From: Eledone cirrhosa
Taxonomy: Eukaryota
DNA: 64,000 nt
Assembly: GCA_964016885.1 (NCBI GenBank)
Contig: OZ024753.1
Span: 19,344,001-19,408,000, forward strand
Direction: 5' to 3'
How positions within the stretch are numbered: position 1 is the stretch's first letter; each line of letters begins with the position of its first letter. A program made the position numbers and the translations under genes. Positions 49,300 to 63,597 of the stretch are shown here, piece after piece. The notes below the pieces were generated by a model that saw nothing but the letters and a program-made list of their open reading frames with translations, had not been told where the DNA came from and searched no databases.

Positions 49300-49597
49300 T
49301 ATTATTATTATGTAATAAACAATATAAGGCAATTATTCCATTTACCAGTGGTTTCTTAAAAGCAAAAGGTTTTGCTTTCAATCCTCAGAATGAAAAATCC
49401 TGGTTTGTTTATTGAATTTGGATTCTAAAAACGGTTTTTGAGGATTGAAAGCAAAACCTTTTGCTTTTAAGAAACCACTGGTAAATGGAATAATTGCCTT
49501 ATGTTGTTTATTACATAATAATAATAATTTAGCTCTGTTGCCTACATAGAGCACTCTTTTTTCCTGGACTTTTCCGATGGAATTACTTCATTCATAC

Positions 49598-49598
<1 letters not shown>
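49300..49598 (+). mobile_element. Fold-back element with HHR and ~70-nt tail
   Basis: 49300-49387 is inverted relative to 49439-49528. HHR at 49336-49394 (-): ttcatt-CTGAGGA-ttgaaagcaaa..ttttgcttttaa-GAAA-ccactgg-TA-aatggaa. Confidence 0.82.
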
Positions 49599-49660
<62 letters not shown>

Positions 49661-49667
49661 TATATAA

Positions 49668-50447
49668 ATATTGTTATACTTTGGGAGGGTCATGTTGCCA
49701 ATAAGAAACACACGCACCAGTTGCTTTCACTTCAATTTAATTTAATATATATTTATAAATTTACAAATTTATAAATTTCTGGTTGGTTGGTTGGTTCCAC
49801 AACCAGATAGTTGTTTATATATATATAGTCATAGTTCTTTCGTCACACACTCTGTGACCTCTTCAGTGACTGGGGATTTCTTTCTTCGTTTCTGTGCCTT
49901 TCCTTTCTTCTATCCTACGCCATTTTGTTTGTGTGTTGGTTGCGTGCTCAGTTTGCGCATGCGCCACATCCGGGTGTCTGTGTGTGTTTGTGTTCATTTT
50001 TCTATTTTTCTATTTTTCTATTTTTCTATAAACAAACAAATCTAAATAGAAAAATAGAAAAATGAACACAAACACACACAGACACCCGGATGTGGCGCAT
50101 GCGCAAACTGAGCACGCAACCCACACACAAACAAAATGGCGTAGGATAGAAGAAAGGAAAGGCACAGAAACGAAGAAAGAAATCCCCAGTCACTGAAGAG
50201 GTCACAAAGTGTGTGACGAAAGAACTATGACTATATATATATAAACAACTATCTGGTTGTGGAACCAACCAACCAACCAGAAATTTATAAATTTGTAAAT
50301 TTATAAATATATATTAAATTAAATTGAAGTGAAAGCAACTGGTGCGTGTGTTTCTTATTGGCAACATGACCCTCCCAAAGTATAACAATATCGGTTTCAA
50401 CACACGATTTCAGATAAAGAATCTTGCTAAACAAATTCAGAAACGAA
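49668..50447 (+). mobile_element. Near-perfect ~345-bp-arm fold-back element with HHR and ~55-nt tail
   Basis: HHR at 50188-50232 (+): agtca-CTGAAGA-ggtcac-aaagtgt-gtgac-GAAA-gaac-TA-tgact; mirror at 49827-49871. Confidence 0.9.
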
Positions 50448-50499
50448 ATATATATAAATAAATATATATAAATAAATATATATATATATATATAGTAAT

Positions 50500-50579
<80 letters not shown>

Positions 50580-50594
50580 ATAACAATATATATA

Positions 50595-50640
<46 letters not shown>

Positions 50641-50642
<2 letters not shown>

Positions 50643-50810
50643 TAGCAGAATGGCCCGGCGTTGCTCGGGATTCTAAACATAGATTGGCATGTTTACCCCT
50701 CCTTTCTGAAACAATTTCTTCGTATGTTCACCTACTGATGCAGAAATCCTAATAACAAGTGAAGTCACCTTGGGTGAATAGGCCAATAATTTGCCATTAA
50801 GATTTTTCAA
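50641..50810 (-). mobile_element. Helitron-like 3' terminus
   Basis: Minus strand ends cccg-agcaacgc-cggg hairpin, 8 nt, then CTAG|t: the canonical Helitron 3' end. Confidence 0.55.
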
Positions 50811-51791
50811 AAGCATGTAATTGCGTTCCCTCTCATTTTTGTTGTCGTGTTTGCTGCTGTCGAGACTCATGAAATAAATACGCTTGTTTATATCTTGTTA
50901 TTGTGTATGCAAAAATATCTGTACACGAATATATAATTATATATAATATTAAGGATACTATGTATGGTTATGTATATAGTAAAACTTTTTATAGTTATGT
51001 ATATTTTAAAGCCTAAACAGTGAGGGTCAGTAATTTATTACTACCTAATTACCAGTAAGATAAATTGATAAATGTAATAACATCAGTTGTTCTACAGAGC
51101 AGTTTATTTTTATTTTTATTTTTCTGCACACATACTTTTTTATTATATACAAAAAATACCTTACCACTACAACCATCATAATAATCTTGCTTACCCGCTT
51201 AAAGTGCTTATATTACAGGTAACACCCCGCCACACAATAATCATATATAAATGAGACACACTTGCATGTCCCACGTGTAACTAACGCATACACTAACTAC
51301 TACATCTGACTAACAAACTATCCTCTTGCATTATCTGTGTTAACTGCCGAATGTATTTTAATTTTGTTTTAATTTTGTTTCATTTTAACTTTGATTTTGA
51401 TTTTGAATTTGAATTGCTATATAAATAATATAGTATAATATATGTTACTCCACTGTACATCAATATATATATATGTATCTGTATGTCTCTTGCGTTGGAA
51501 AGGAGGTCAATTATGTGTACAAACATTGAAAAATACTCCGAAGACCCCAAACCTAGGTTTGGATGAAACAAGTGTAAGTGAATAAATGCTTTGAACATAG
51601 CTTTGATTCTTGTGAAATCTATAATTATATGGAGGAGGTTATAGTTCACTTGAAGCATTGTGTAATGAGGTATAAACGTTTGAATATGTATAATAAAGCC
51701 AAAACAATGCAGGTATGGACATAGAAAAAAGAATGTAATTGCAAAAGATATTGTTGACAATTCGTCTTTTACCTTAGATTTATTTTAAACG

Positions 51792-51828
51792 TCCTTAATT
51801 TTCGAGATAATATCTCTTCTTCAGAGGG
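51792..51828 (-). ncRNA. Minimal hammerhead motif
   Basis: Minus strand: cct-CTGAAGA-agagat-att-atctc-GAAA-at-TA-agg. Confidence 0.6.
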
Positions 51829-52374
51829 AAATAAAGGTCTCAAACCAGCGTTCTAAATATCTTGCCAAGCTATTCTGACAGGAAATAGTATAGAGTATCT
51901 GTTCTATCTCTAATGTCAAAGAGGAGATAAAGGGGGCCCACCCATATATAGAATGATATTGTTAAATTTTTATAATGAATAAATAACATTTTCAAAAAGT
52001 ACGTTAGTGAAAACAAAACAGTACAATTAAAATTTTGCGGGAAAAATGTGTATATTTTTACTAATTATAGTGTATATAACTGTATACTGTACACATTACT
52101 GGCATATACAGTAATACTAAATGTTAATACAGAATGTTATAATTGAATTTTTGAATAATTGTGAATGTATAGTATACTGTATAATATAATGTCTTACCTT
52201 CTCCAATAAAAATTATACACGTCCAGAGGCTTTCAATAATGAACTTTGGTCTTTCACACTCACTCAATATATATCTCTGGAAGTGTGTGTATGTGTATAC
52301 ATGTACATGTGTATATGTAGATTTATATATATGTATACATACATGCTTTCACCTTGCACAAACATTATTTGACT

Positions 52375-52490
52375 CATTCAAATCACGCCGAGGTTAACTT
52401 TGCTTTTCATCCTGACGGGGTCGATAAAATAAAGTACCAGTAATACACTGGGGATTTTCTGGCCTTGTGACAAACGTAGAAACAATTATT
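52375..52490 (+). mobile_element. Meta-type SINE fragment
   Basis: ttcaaatcacgccgaggttaactttgcttttcatcctgacggggtcgataaaataaagtaccag. Confidence 0.78.
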
Positions 52491-52907
52491 TGACTCATTC
52501 TCTCCAGGGACGTTAGACTGAAGAACTGACCACTAATTGATTTTACATATGTCTTTAACCCATTGATATCAAAAAGTATTTGTCCAACAGCTCATGGCTG
52601 GCACCTCGTGTGCATGTGCAAGTATATATATATACAGTATATATATATCTGTGTGTGCCGATGTATATGTGCATGAATGAATACAGTAAGCCAGTGACTC
52701 TAACTGCCAACACTATCATATATTTTGGTTTCTATTAATTTCCTAGGGAATTGTTTTACCAAAGCATTGGCCCCTTAAGTACTACAATGGGCTCCTCCAA
52801 TGCTACAGTGGTCCCCCGAAGTGCTACTGTGGACCCCCTGTGGCCCACTTGTCATTAGGCAACCTGGCAACCTGATAAACTGTACATATATATATATATA
52901 TATATAT

Positions 52908-53690
52908 AGACAAAAAGATGAAATCGAAAATGCAACAGGAGTTTTATTTAAAAAAAAAATATATATATTTATTTGGTTCCTTTACCGGTTTCGCAGTTCT
53001 TCTGCTTTTCAAAAGTAGAGTTGAAACACACACATACACACACACCCACAAGCACACAAATAAACATATATATATTTACTTTCTTTATTCAATAGAAAAT
53101 CTGAATTCTGACACCCCAGCGAACTAACAATATTCACTGAACCAGAACAATTCTCCCATCCAATTTCTCAGGCCCATTATCTTTTGCTTGTCATAAAATT
53201 CTCTAAACAGGCTACAGAATAGATTTCCAAATAAGGGCGCGAAAATTTAATGGAAACTTGTTCACGTGGCAGTCATAATTTCATTTATAACCAATCAAAT
53301 TATGTTTATTTAAAAAAAGCCTTCGTGAGCTCCCACCCCCTTTTTTTAAAGTAAAAAGAAATTCAAGCACTCATATATGAAAAAAACAACCTGTGCCCCC
53401 CCCCTTGTTTGAAGAACTTTGTAACGCGAACAGTCGCGAAATTTATTATAATTATTGACCAACCAATCAAATTACTTCTCTAAAAACCTGGCATTTTGAG
53501 CCACTTTTTTCCATATAAAACAAGTAACATTCAGAGACCAACCTGATGTGAGAAAAAACCACAGACCCTCCATCTCAACTCTACTTTTGAAAAAAAGAAG
53601 AACTGCGAAACCGGTAAAGGAACCAAAAAAATATATATATAAATTTTATAAATATATATATGCCTTTTCGATTTCATCTTTTTTCATTTA
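52908..53690. mobile_element. Inverted ~120-bp termini with U3-A8 HHR
   Basis: 52908-53025 is inverted relative to 53575-53685. 52980-53015 (-): ctt-TTGAAAA-gcag-aagaa-ctgc-GAAA-ccgg-TA-aag. Confidence 0.72.
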
Positions 53691-54423
53691 TACTTTCACT
53701 CGTGTAGGACACCTCGGTTATTTTTCATTTCGTTAAAAAAACCTCACTTTCTAATAATATATATATATACAGTATATATATATATCAATGATATTAATAA
53801 ATGGAAACTATATTTATAAAACCATATGTATTCTATTATATATATTTGAAGGGTACCAAAACTTTGTTACGCACTCATAAGATAAAATACAAAGTTTGTT
53901 TCATAAATATTGACATATCCAGGAATGAGATCTTAACGGTTTAAGTTTTACCTGGATATTTAAAGGAAAAAGAGGAAGTGAGATAAAAACAAATATTTAA
54001 AATTATTTAGATGAATATGCAAATGAGGTTGAGGCGTAGGGCTGAAAAAAAAAGTTATTTTTAGTTTAGGATATATCTAGTTATTGGGACAAGTAAAATA
54101 GTGTGAAGCGAGCGAGACATGTAAACAAAGATGGTATTGCAACGGAAAGATAGAAAGAGACAAGTACATGATATCTATAAGCTTAAGCTTGGTGAATTCC
54201 GGACGAGAGATACAGACCATCCGACATGGGTTAGATTTGAGCGAGAAAAGGATTTCATACAGGTCAAAAGGGAGGAAGTGAGAGAGTGAGTGAGTGGAAG
54301 TGTGAGGAAGAGGCCAGCCGAGAGAGAGAGTGTGACTGGCAGAGGGGGTAAAAAGAAGGTGAGAAATACTGAGAGAGGGGAAGCAGTAAGAAAGAAACAG
54401 ACAATCGCAGCTGAGGATTTATA

Positions 54424-54471
<48 letters not shown>

Positions 54472-54473
<2 letters not shown>

Positions 54474-55115
54474 GTTAACCTTGGTCTTCCTCTTCCAGTG
54501 TGCCCATTTAGGGGCTCCCAAAAGAGTACTGAGTGCAATGTCAACTCTGGATGTCGGTGAGCATGTCCTGCCAACCTCAGTCTCCTCTGTGTCACTTTTG
54601 AGCTGACTTTTGGGATGCTCCCATACAGCTCTGAGTTTTTCATCCTCAGTGTATACTGATTAATGTTCAGAGCCATCCTCAGCATTCTCGTGTAGCACCC
54701 ATCCACCATCTCAGTGAGTTTCTTGGTCAGTGTCCAAGTCTCAGACCCATACAGCAGCACAGACTCCACTACAGCAATGAAGAGGCGGATTTTCAGGTCT
54801 CTACGAAGGTCCGACTTCCACACCTATCTCAAGCTGTGGCACGCCGCCCAGGCCCTGCTCTTCCTCTCAACCACATCATCCTCCGTATTCCCAATCTTTG
54901 CTCCCAAATACAGGAAGTCCTCAACTAATTCCAGCGGCTTCCCGCCTACATTGGTGATCCCCTCTGGCTTCTCAACATTCTCTACCAGATATTTTGCCCT
55001 AAGGACAGACACTGATCTGTTGGAGATGCAGGACATGGCAGCGATAATGATGGACAGAGACCGCTGGAGAGAACTCGTCCATGGATCTCGGGAATTTTAC
55101 CCGCCTTAGATAGAT
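54472..55115. mobile_element. RTE-like LINE with 5' inversion
   Basis: Minus 54472-~54985: VEDFLYLG..LFIAVVESVLLYGSETW..RRLRLAGH..GRGRPRLTY. Plus ~54995-55109: ALRTDTDL..MMDRDRWRELV, then a tagataga tail. Confidence 0.85.
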
Positions 55116-55749
55116 ATATATATATATATATATACAGAGATAGTGAGATACACAGATTATGTATTTACTGAATATATAGGCGTAAAACCAAAAACAAAGA
55201 GAGTGAGAGAGAGAAAGCTCTGTAAATCATGGTATACATAGTGGTATTTCTTCTTCTACTTATAGGTTTTGATAACTTCATAAGAATACATATGAGATAT
55301 TTCACAATATGGAGTAATGTTTAGATAATCACTTGATTTCTAAATGATTTCAATAGTTTTCCTTATGGCTTATTATTTAAATAAAGCACTAACGATTCGA
55401 TGTTTTCCTGTGTTCACATCAAAACTCATTCCTGTTAAAGATATTGTTTAATAAGGAAATGCAATCTACTCTATCCTTCACTAACTTTTATTTATATGAC
55501 ATTTGTCAGCTCAAGCTAAAACTGCTTTGATTCAATGAATACAGAAATAGAAAGTGTGTGGCGCTGGTAGTGGAGGAGGGAGGTGGATCATTGAAACCTT
55601 GTTACTTTGAAACCTTGTTACTTTGAAAAGCAAAAACCAAACACACACACACACATGCACATACATACATACATACACTTACACACACATACATACACTT
55701 ACACACACCTATACACACATACAGAGAAATACAGCTCATCTCAAGAAGG

Positions 55750-55937
55750 GATTATTTGGCAGTATTGGTAGAGGGTCGGACGCCATGCTTTACAACATAG
55801 AGTTACTATCCTTTCCGGTCTGGGTTCAAATCCCGCCGAGGTTAACTTTGCCTTTCATCCTTACGGGGTCGATAAAACAAAGTACCAGTAATGCACTGGG
55901 TATTGTGGTCTTGTGCCAAAGGTAGACACAATTATTA
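55750..55937 (+). mobile_element. tRNA/Meta-type SINE
   Basis: tggcagtattggtagag (A-box), ggttcaaatccc (B-box), gcctttcatccttacggggtcgataaaacaaagtaccag. Confidence 0.82.
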
Positions 55938-56579
55938 CAAGCTATTTGCTCTCGTAATCTCGCATGCTAAGCCCGGAAATATCCTCAATGTAGTCAACCC
56001 ATTCTTTCAAGGTAAGAACAAATTAAACACCTAACAATTAATGAACCTCTAAAGACTTCAGTTGAGACCATCAATGGAGTATTGCTTTCGTATTTGAGGA
56101 AGATGTTTCCAATAATACAACCAACAAAATATATTTGTTAAACAATTGAAAACTCACTTGTCATCTTAGCTCAGTCTCACATCAAACTAGATGGCTGCAT
56201 GGAGATAGCTCTTCAATTATTCTGATCATTAGTGTATATTCCGGAGGGAATTTATAAAATCTCTCTGCTGTGGCATTTCTGACGACGCGGAAATCTATAT
56301 CTGCCATATTTATCGGAGTTGAGGGTTTTGCTAAAAATAAAAGTACACATTTAATTATTACACGATATTGGTAGATTTATTTGGATATCCTCTGGGCTGG
56401 AATATTTCCAAGTTCAGGGCAGTTGAGAATGGAACAGAAACGTGTTTTTATTAGAATTCAGTTAAATTCCTGCTAATTAAGGGGACAAGTTTTAAGGCAG
56501 AAAATAATTGAGATTTTCCCCATTTCTCACGTATACGTTTATATATTGCTGAAACTGAATCATGCGAACACTATATATT

Positions 56580-56634
<55 letters not shown>

Positions 56635-56820
56635 ATACAAACATACATACACACACATATATATTTATATATATATATATAGATGCCTCTGTCTTTCTAT
56701 TTCTTCTTTAATATTCCATTCTATGTCCTGATGGGGGGCGAGCGTTCAAAATGTTAAGAATGTTCCCAAGAATTATGCGTAAAACTAATATATATTTTCA
56801 TTATATTTTAATGTCTGTTG

Positions 56821-56858
<38 letters not shown>

Positions 56859-56892
56859 CTACTGACAGTTTGTAAATAATACTGTTTTCTTA

Positions 56893-57085
56893 TATAGGCA
56901 CAAGGCCGGGCAATTTTGGGGGAGGGGAAGGTTGATTACTGGTACTTTATTTTACTGGTACTTTATTTGATCGCCCTCATAAGGATGAAAGGCAAAGTTA
57001 ACCTCGGAGGCATTTGAAATCAGATCATAAAGGGCTGTAACTCTATGCGTCAAAGCATGGCGTCCGGCCCTCTACCGATACTGAC
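56893..57085 (-). mobile_element. tRNA/Meta-type SINE
   Basis: Reverse complement of the 55750/63600 family. Confidence 0.78.
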
Positions 57086-57615
57086 AATCCACCACCCTTC
57101 AATTTGTAAATAACAATCATTTCTAAATGTGGTGGATGTTTCAACTTTACTTTTACATGTTTTTGATATTCAGATTTTAAACGGTGTAGACTAACCCCAA
57201 CAACTATTTCTGATAGGTGTAACATGCAGGGATCTAAGTGTCAGTTCAACACATATTCGTAATCAGGTGTTTCGAAAATCCCCAGTTAGGAACCCCAATC
57301 GTCTGAAATCAACTCGACACTGAGATGTATTTGCTCATTAAAGACAATGGTGATTAGAATCAAACTATATTCATCTCTGCCCGTATAAGACTTCAGAACT
57401 GCCTATATAGATAGACAAGGTTCGACTGAAATACTGATAGGCTGACCAAGATACCCTCATGGAATGACGAAATGAGATCCATTATACAACATAGTCCCGG
57501 AAGAAAAAAATGCGGTTATTAATAAGAGTTGAAATTAATGCATGCAATATTTCACAGCCTTAGCATCATTGTTTCATAGTAATTCTATGAACCTTTAGCC
57601 GACCGCCATGGGCCA

Positions 57616-60335
57616 TGTCACGTTATAAAGTGACAGGCTTCAGTATGTTAGGTAGACCCCATTGTCACGTTATAAAGTGACAGGCTTCAGTATGTTAAGA
57701 AGACCACCGTGTCACATTATAATGTGACTGGCTTCAGTATGTTAGGTAGACCCCATTGCCACGTTATAAAGTGACAGGCTTCAGTATGTTAGGTACACCA
57801 CATTGTCACGTTATAAAGTGACAGGCTTCAGTATGTTAGGTAGACCACAGTGTCACGTTATAATGTGACAGGCTTCAGTATGTTAAGTAGACCACATTGT
57901 CACGTTATAAAGTGACAGGCTTCAGTATGTTAGGTAGACCACAGTGTCACGTTATAATGTGACAGGATTCAGTATGTTAAGTAGACTACAGTGTCACGTT
58001 ATAATGTGACAGGCTTCAGTATGTTAAGTAGACCACATTGTCACGTTATAATGTGACAGGCTTCAGTATGTTAAGTAGACCACATTGTCACGTTATAATT
58101 TGACATGCTTCAGTATGTTAAGTAGACCACAGTGTCACGTTATAATGTGACAGGCTTCAGTATGTTAAGTAGACCACAGTGTCACGTTATAATGTGACAG
58201 GCTTCAGTATGTTAAGTAGACCATATTGTCACGTAATAATTTGACAGGCTTCAGTATGTTAGGTAGACCACGTTGTCACGTAATAATTTGACATGCTTCA
58301 GTATGTTAGGTAGACCACGTTGTCACGTAATAATTTGACAGGCTTCAGTATGTTAGGTAGACCACGTTGTCACGTAATAATTTGACATGCTTCAGTATGT
58401 TAGGTAGACCACGTTGTCACGTTATAAAGTGACAGGCTTTAGTATGTTAAGTAGACCACATTGTCACGATATAAAGTGACAGGCTTCAGTATGTTAAGTA
58501 GACCACGTTGTCACGTTATAAAGTGACAGGCTTCAGTATGTTAAGTAGACCACATTGTCACGTTATAAAGTGACAGGCTTCAGTATGTTAGGTAGACGCC
58601 ATTGTGACGTTATAAAGTGACAGGCTTCAGTATGTTAGGTAGACCCCATTGTCACGTTATAAAGTGACAGGCTTCAGTACGTTAGGTAGACCCCATTGTT
58701 ACGTTATAAAGAGACAGGTTTCAGTATGTTAGGTAGACCCCATTGTCACGTTATAAAGTGACAGGCTTCAGTATGTTAAGCAGACCATATTGTCACGTTA
58801 TAAAGTGACAGGCTTCATTATGTTAGGTAGACCACATTGTCACGTTATAAAGTGACAGGCTTCAGTATGTTAGGTAGACCCCATTGTCACGTTATAAAGT
58901 GACAGGCTTCATTATGTTAGGTAGACCATATTGTCACGTTATAAAGTGACCGGCTTCAGTATGTTAAGTAGACCACCGTGTCACGTTATAATGTGACAGG
59001 CTTCAGTATGTTAGGTAGACCCCATTGTCACGTTATAAAGTGACAAGCTTCAGTATGTTAGGTAGACCCCATTGTCACGTTATAAAGTGGCAGGCTTCAG
59101 TATGTTAGGTAGACCACGTTGTCACGTTATAAAGTGACAGGCTTCAGTATGTTAGGTAGACAACATTATCACTTTATAAAGTGACAGGCTTCAGTATGTT
59201 AGGTAGACCCCATTGTCACGTTATAAAGTGACAGGCTTCAGTATGTTAGGTAGACCACGTTGTCACGTTATAAAGTGACAGGCTTCAGTATGTTAGGTAG
59301 ACCACGTTGTCACGTTATAAAGGGACAGGCTTCAGTATGTTAGGTAGACCACATTGTCACCATATAAAGTGACAGCCTTCAGTATGATAAGTAGACCACA
59401 TTGTCCCGTTATAAAGTGGCAGGCTTCAGTATGTTAGGTAGACCACGTTGTCACGTTATAAAGTGACAGGCTTCAGTATGTTAGGTAGACCACGTTGTCA
59501 CGTTATAAAGTGACAGGCTTCAGTATGTTAGGTAGACCACGTTGTCACGTTATAAAGTGACAGGCTTCAGTATGTTAGGTAGACAATAGTGTCACGTTAT
59601 AAAGTGACAGGCTTCAGTATGTTAGGTAGACCACATTGTCACGTTATAAAGTGACAGGCTTCAGTATGTTAGGTAGACAATAGTGTCACGTTATAAAGTG
59701 ACAGGCTTCAGTATGTTAGGTAGACCACGTTGTCACGTTATAAAGTGACAGGCTTCAGTATGTTAGGTAGACAATAGTGTCACGTTATAAAGTGACAGGC
59801 TTCAGTATGTTAGGTAGACCCCATTGTCACGTTATAAAGTGACAGGCTTCAGTACGTTAGGTAGACCCCATTGTCACGTTATAAAGTGACAGGCTTCAGT
59901 ATGTTAGGTAGACAATAGTGTCACGTTATAAAGTGACAGGCTTCAGTATGTTAGGTAGACCACATTGTCACGTTATAAAGTGACAGGCTTCAGTATGTTA
60001 GGTAGACAATAGTGTCACGTTATAAAGTGACAGGCTTCAGTATGTTAGGTAGACCACGTTGTCACGTTATAAAGTGACAGGCTTCAGTATGTTAGGTAGA
60101 CAATAGTGTCACGTTATAAAGTGACAGGCTGCAGTATGTTAGGTACACCACATTGTCACGTTATAAAGTGACAGGCTTCAGTATGTTAAGTAGACCACCG
60201 TGTCACGTTATAATGTGACAGGCTTCAGTATGTTAGGTAGACCCCATTGTCACGTTATAAAGTGACAAGCTTCAGTATGTTAGGTAGACCCCATTGTCAC
60301 GTTATAAAGTGACAAGCTTCAGTATGTTAGGTAGG
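57616..60335. repeat. 47-bp tandem satellite, ~58 copies
   Basis: Unit tgtcacgttataaagtgacaggcttcagtatgttaggtagaccccat; starts at 57616 and 57663. Confidence 0.98.
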
Positions 60336-60862
60336 CTACATAATGATTTAAAGCCGACTAGACATGAATCTACATCTACACTTATTCATATCTCTTGCTT
60401 CTACTCTTCACACATTTTTTTTTTCCTGGTAGTTAATCTAGATTCGAGACGATGTTTGTTTTCTAGACAGTGACTATCATTCAAAGTAAAATATTGTTTG
60501 AAAGAATTTAACTTCCATAAAGTAATACAATATTATTTCTTGCTTGGGGAAAAAGAAAGAAGAGTATAGTAGATTTAATAAATACAGTGCCGAACAATGT
60601 ACAGTCGTAATATAAGTCTGTTGTTTTCACAAACTGAGTTACACTTAAACACCCGGAGAACGGGATTATGGGTTCATATGTTTGTGGAACCCTCCAGGTA
60701 CTTGGCAAGGCATTTAATAATCAGTCTGTTCTGTTGTTTAATGAACTGGAATATTCTTCATCGGAACTTGGGGAGGTCTAACAATGCATATTACTGAATA
60801 ATGAATATTACTAATCCTAGTTAAATATAACTTAATGAAAATGGCGGACGAAAACACAATTG

Positions 60863-60952
<90 letters not shown>

Positions 60953-61351
60953 TGGGAAAACATTTTAGTTGAGGAGAACAATAAAAAAGTACTGCAACAA
61001 TCATAATCCATCCAATTAATGCAAGATAACCATGAGAGAAACTATAATTGTTAAGATAAGATATATGATAAATAGATAAAGAAATGTCCACGGTGTCATA
61101 TATATTCCAAAAGACATTAAATACAAAAGAAAGAAAATAATAAAACGATACATTTATTCGTTTTCAACTTAATAGAATTCTCGGAACATCATTTGGAGAT
61201 GCAAAAATAAAAAAAAGAACGTGTATCATAGTTTATAAAAGTCAGCGAAGATATAATGGAATCATATAAAAATGAGCATATCAATTGAAAACAAAGATAT
61301 ATTCCAAGATTCTACTGAAATATACTGTTGATATGTTTTATATAGCTATAA

Positions 61352-61352
<1 letters not shown>

Positions 61353-61382
<30 letters not shown>

Positions 61383-61600
61383 CTTCTTCTTCTTCTTCTT
61401 CCACTTATTCATGGGAGGTTTGTGGGTGCAGAGTCAATGGAGACGTCTTCCAGACGGCCCAATCATCAGCAGCTGTCTCCAATTGATCTGGCTGAATAAC
61501 CAAGCGTGAATAAGATTAGACATTGTAACCGCCTCTCCCCAATACCGACGCCGTGATGTCTCCATTCCAATAAATGGTCTCTATCTGGAATGGGTATTGT
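61353..61600 (-). mobile_element. Possible RTE-like 3' end with (GAA)n tail
   Basis: Minus strand QLETAADDWAVWK resembles the RTE terminal A.DR..W motif and is followed by (GAA)n. Confidence 0.4.
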
Positions 61601-61814
61601 TCTCCGAGTTACAAAAGCTATCGACTATCACAACGCCAAACACCCTTCCAAAGAAACCCCATTTCGAGCGCTCATATTTGCTATTATATTCCAAGATCCG
61701 TGATCAAGTGTTACAGTTGGCACGACTAGCGAAACTTTCAGAAAAATATGAATATGTTATAAATGGATCTTCCACGTAAAAGTCATTTATAATAGTCACA
61801 ATGAGTGAAGAGAA

Positions 61815-61945
61815 AACCGTGTGTGTGTATGTGTATCTGTGTGTTGTGTGTGTGTGTATAGATATGTGTGTATATGTGTGTATGTATGTGTATGTGTGTG
61901 TTTGTGTATACATGTGTGTGTGTGTGTTTGTGTATACATGTGTGT

Positions 61946-61998
<53 letters not shown>

Positions 61999-62035
61999 TG
62001 TGTGTATGTGTGTGTGTGTGAGCGAGAGTGAGAGT
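61815..62035. repeat. (TG)n microsatellite
   Basis: Directly visible. Confidence 0.95.
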
Positions 62036-62475
62036 ATTCATGAGTGTATATGTATCTGGTTTAAACTAAATTTAATCAGATAAAGATACATGCAATATTT
62101 CTAATTGAATATTTAAAACAAATAACATCGAATAACAAAATCAAAGCGACGTCTTTTAACTTTTCATGAAAAATCAATGGTAAAACTGGGTAATGTTTCT
62201 TATGTGGTTCAACAGAATAAAACAAGTTAAATGGGGAAGAGTTTGTATAAAGATAATAACAGTGTGTCTCCTCAGAAACATACATTTCATATGCCTTTTA
62301 TATACTCATTGAATGTATCAAGATAAGTATGGACATTAAATATATATATAATGTATATATGTGTATATAGAGAGAAAATTGAGGTTGGTAATGGCACATG
62401 GAATATATAAGAGACAGAATACTTTTTTGTGAAAAAACATATAATTGTATAAGGTTAGGAAAGAATAAAGGGTAT

Positions 62476-62926
<451 letters not shown>

Positions 62927-63597
62927 GTTTGTAAATGACTGCAATAAATGAGATATGTCTTAACATTATAGGTGACCTTGTAGAATACTTCCTCGGATAA
63001 TAGATCTTTTGTATATCCTACATAATAATTATTGGAGATAGAAACATCACTGTAAGTACCCAATCAGGATTCTAAATTGCAGAGTCGTTTTGTGAGCCAA
63101 TAGAGGAATGTGAATATAAAAGCAAAATTAAATTAAAATGTCGGTTGTGTGTATGAAAAAAATGACAAATAGTTTGAAACTAAGAAGACAGTTAATGGGG
63201 GAAGATGTTTTAGAAATGATATAATACGAGCAGCAGATTTACGCTGTCTTTTTAAGTATACTGAAATTGCTTATACTGTATAAAGGCTGCGTCTTGTAAC
63301 TGTGGCATTTTGGCAGTTTGTTAATAGTAACAAGTAATCTATCAATTCACAAAAAAACATATGTACATTATTACATATACTTTGGAAAGTAAGAATACAC
63401 CTGTATTCTAACAAAAAACACACTAACACACAGAGATAAGCCCACACTTATAGACATTAATATAGCCACCCTTACACCTTAATGTTCTGCCTCAGGGAGA
63501 AAACATGCTAAAATAAATAAATTAATAAATAAGTAAAATTATTTCAATAGTGTTTTAATTTACAGGAATTTAAATAAATTTCCTCGGAATGTTCAGT

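Noticed and set aside
49791-50268. Two near-identical ORFs on opposite strands
   Set aside because: Consequence of the DNA palindrome; no protein features.
55750-55840. tRNA genes
   Set aside because: The A/B boxes belong to SINE heads; no cloverleaf can be formed.
57616-60335. CRISPR-like appearance (palindromic repeat with variable slot)
   Set aside because: No unique spacers and no cas genes; eukaryotic context; it is a simple tandem satellite.
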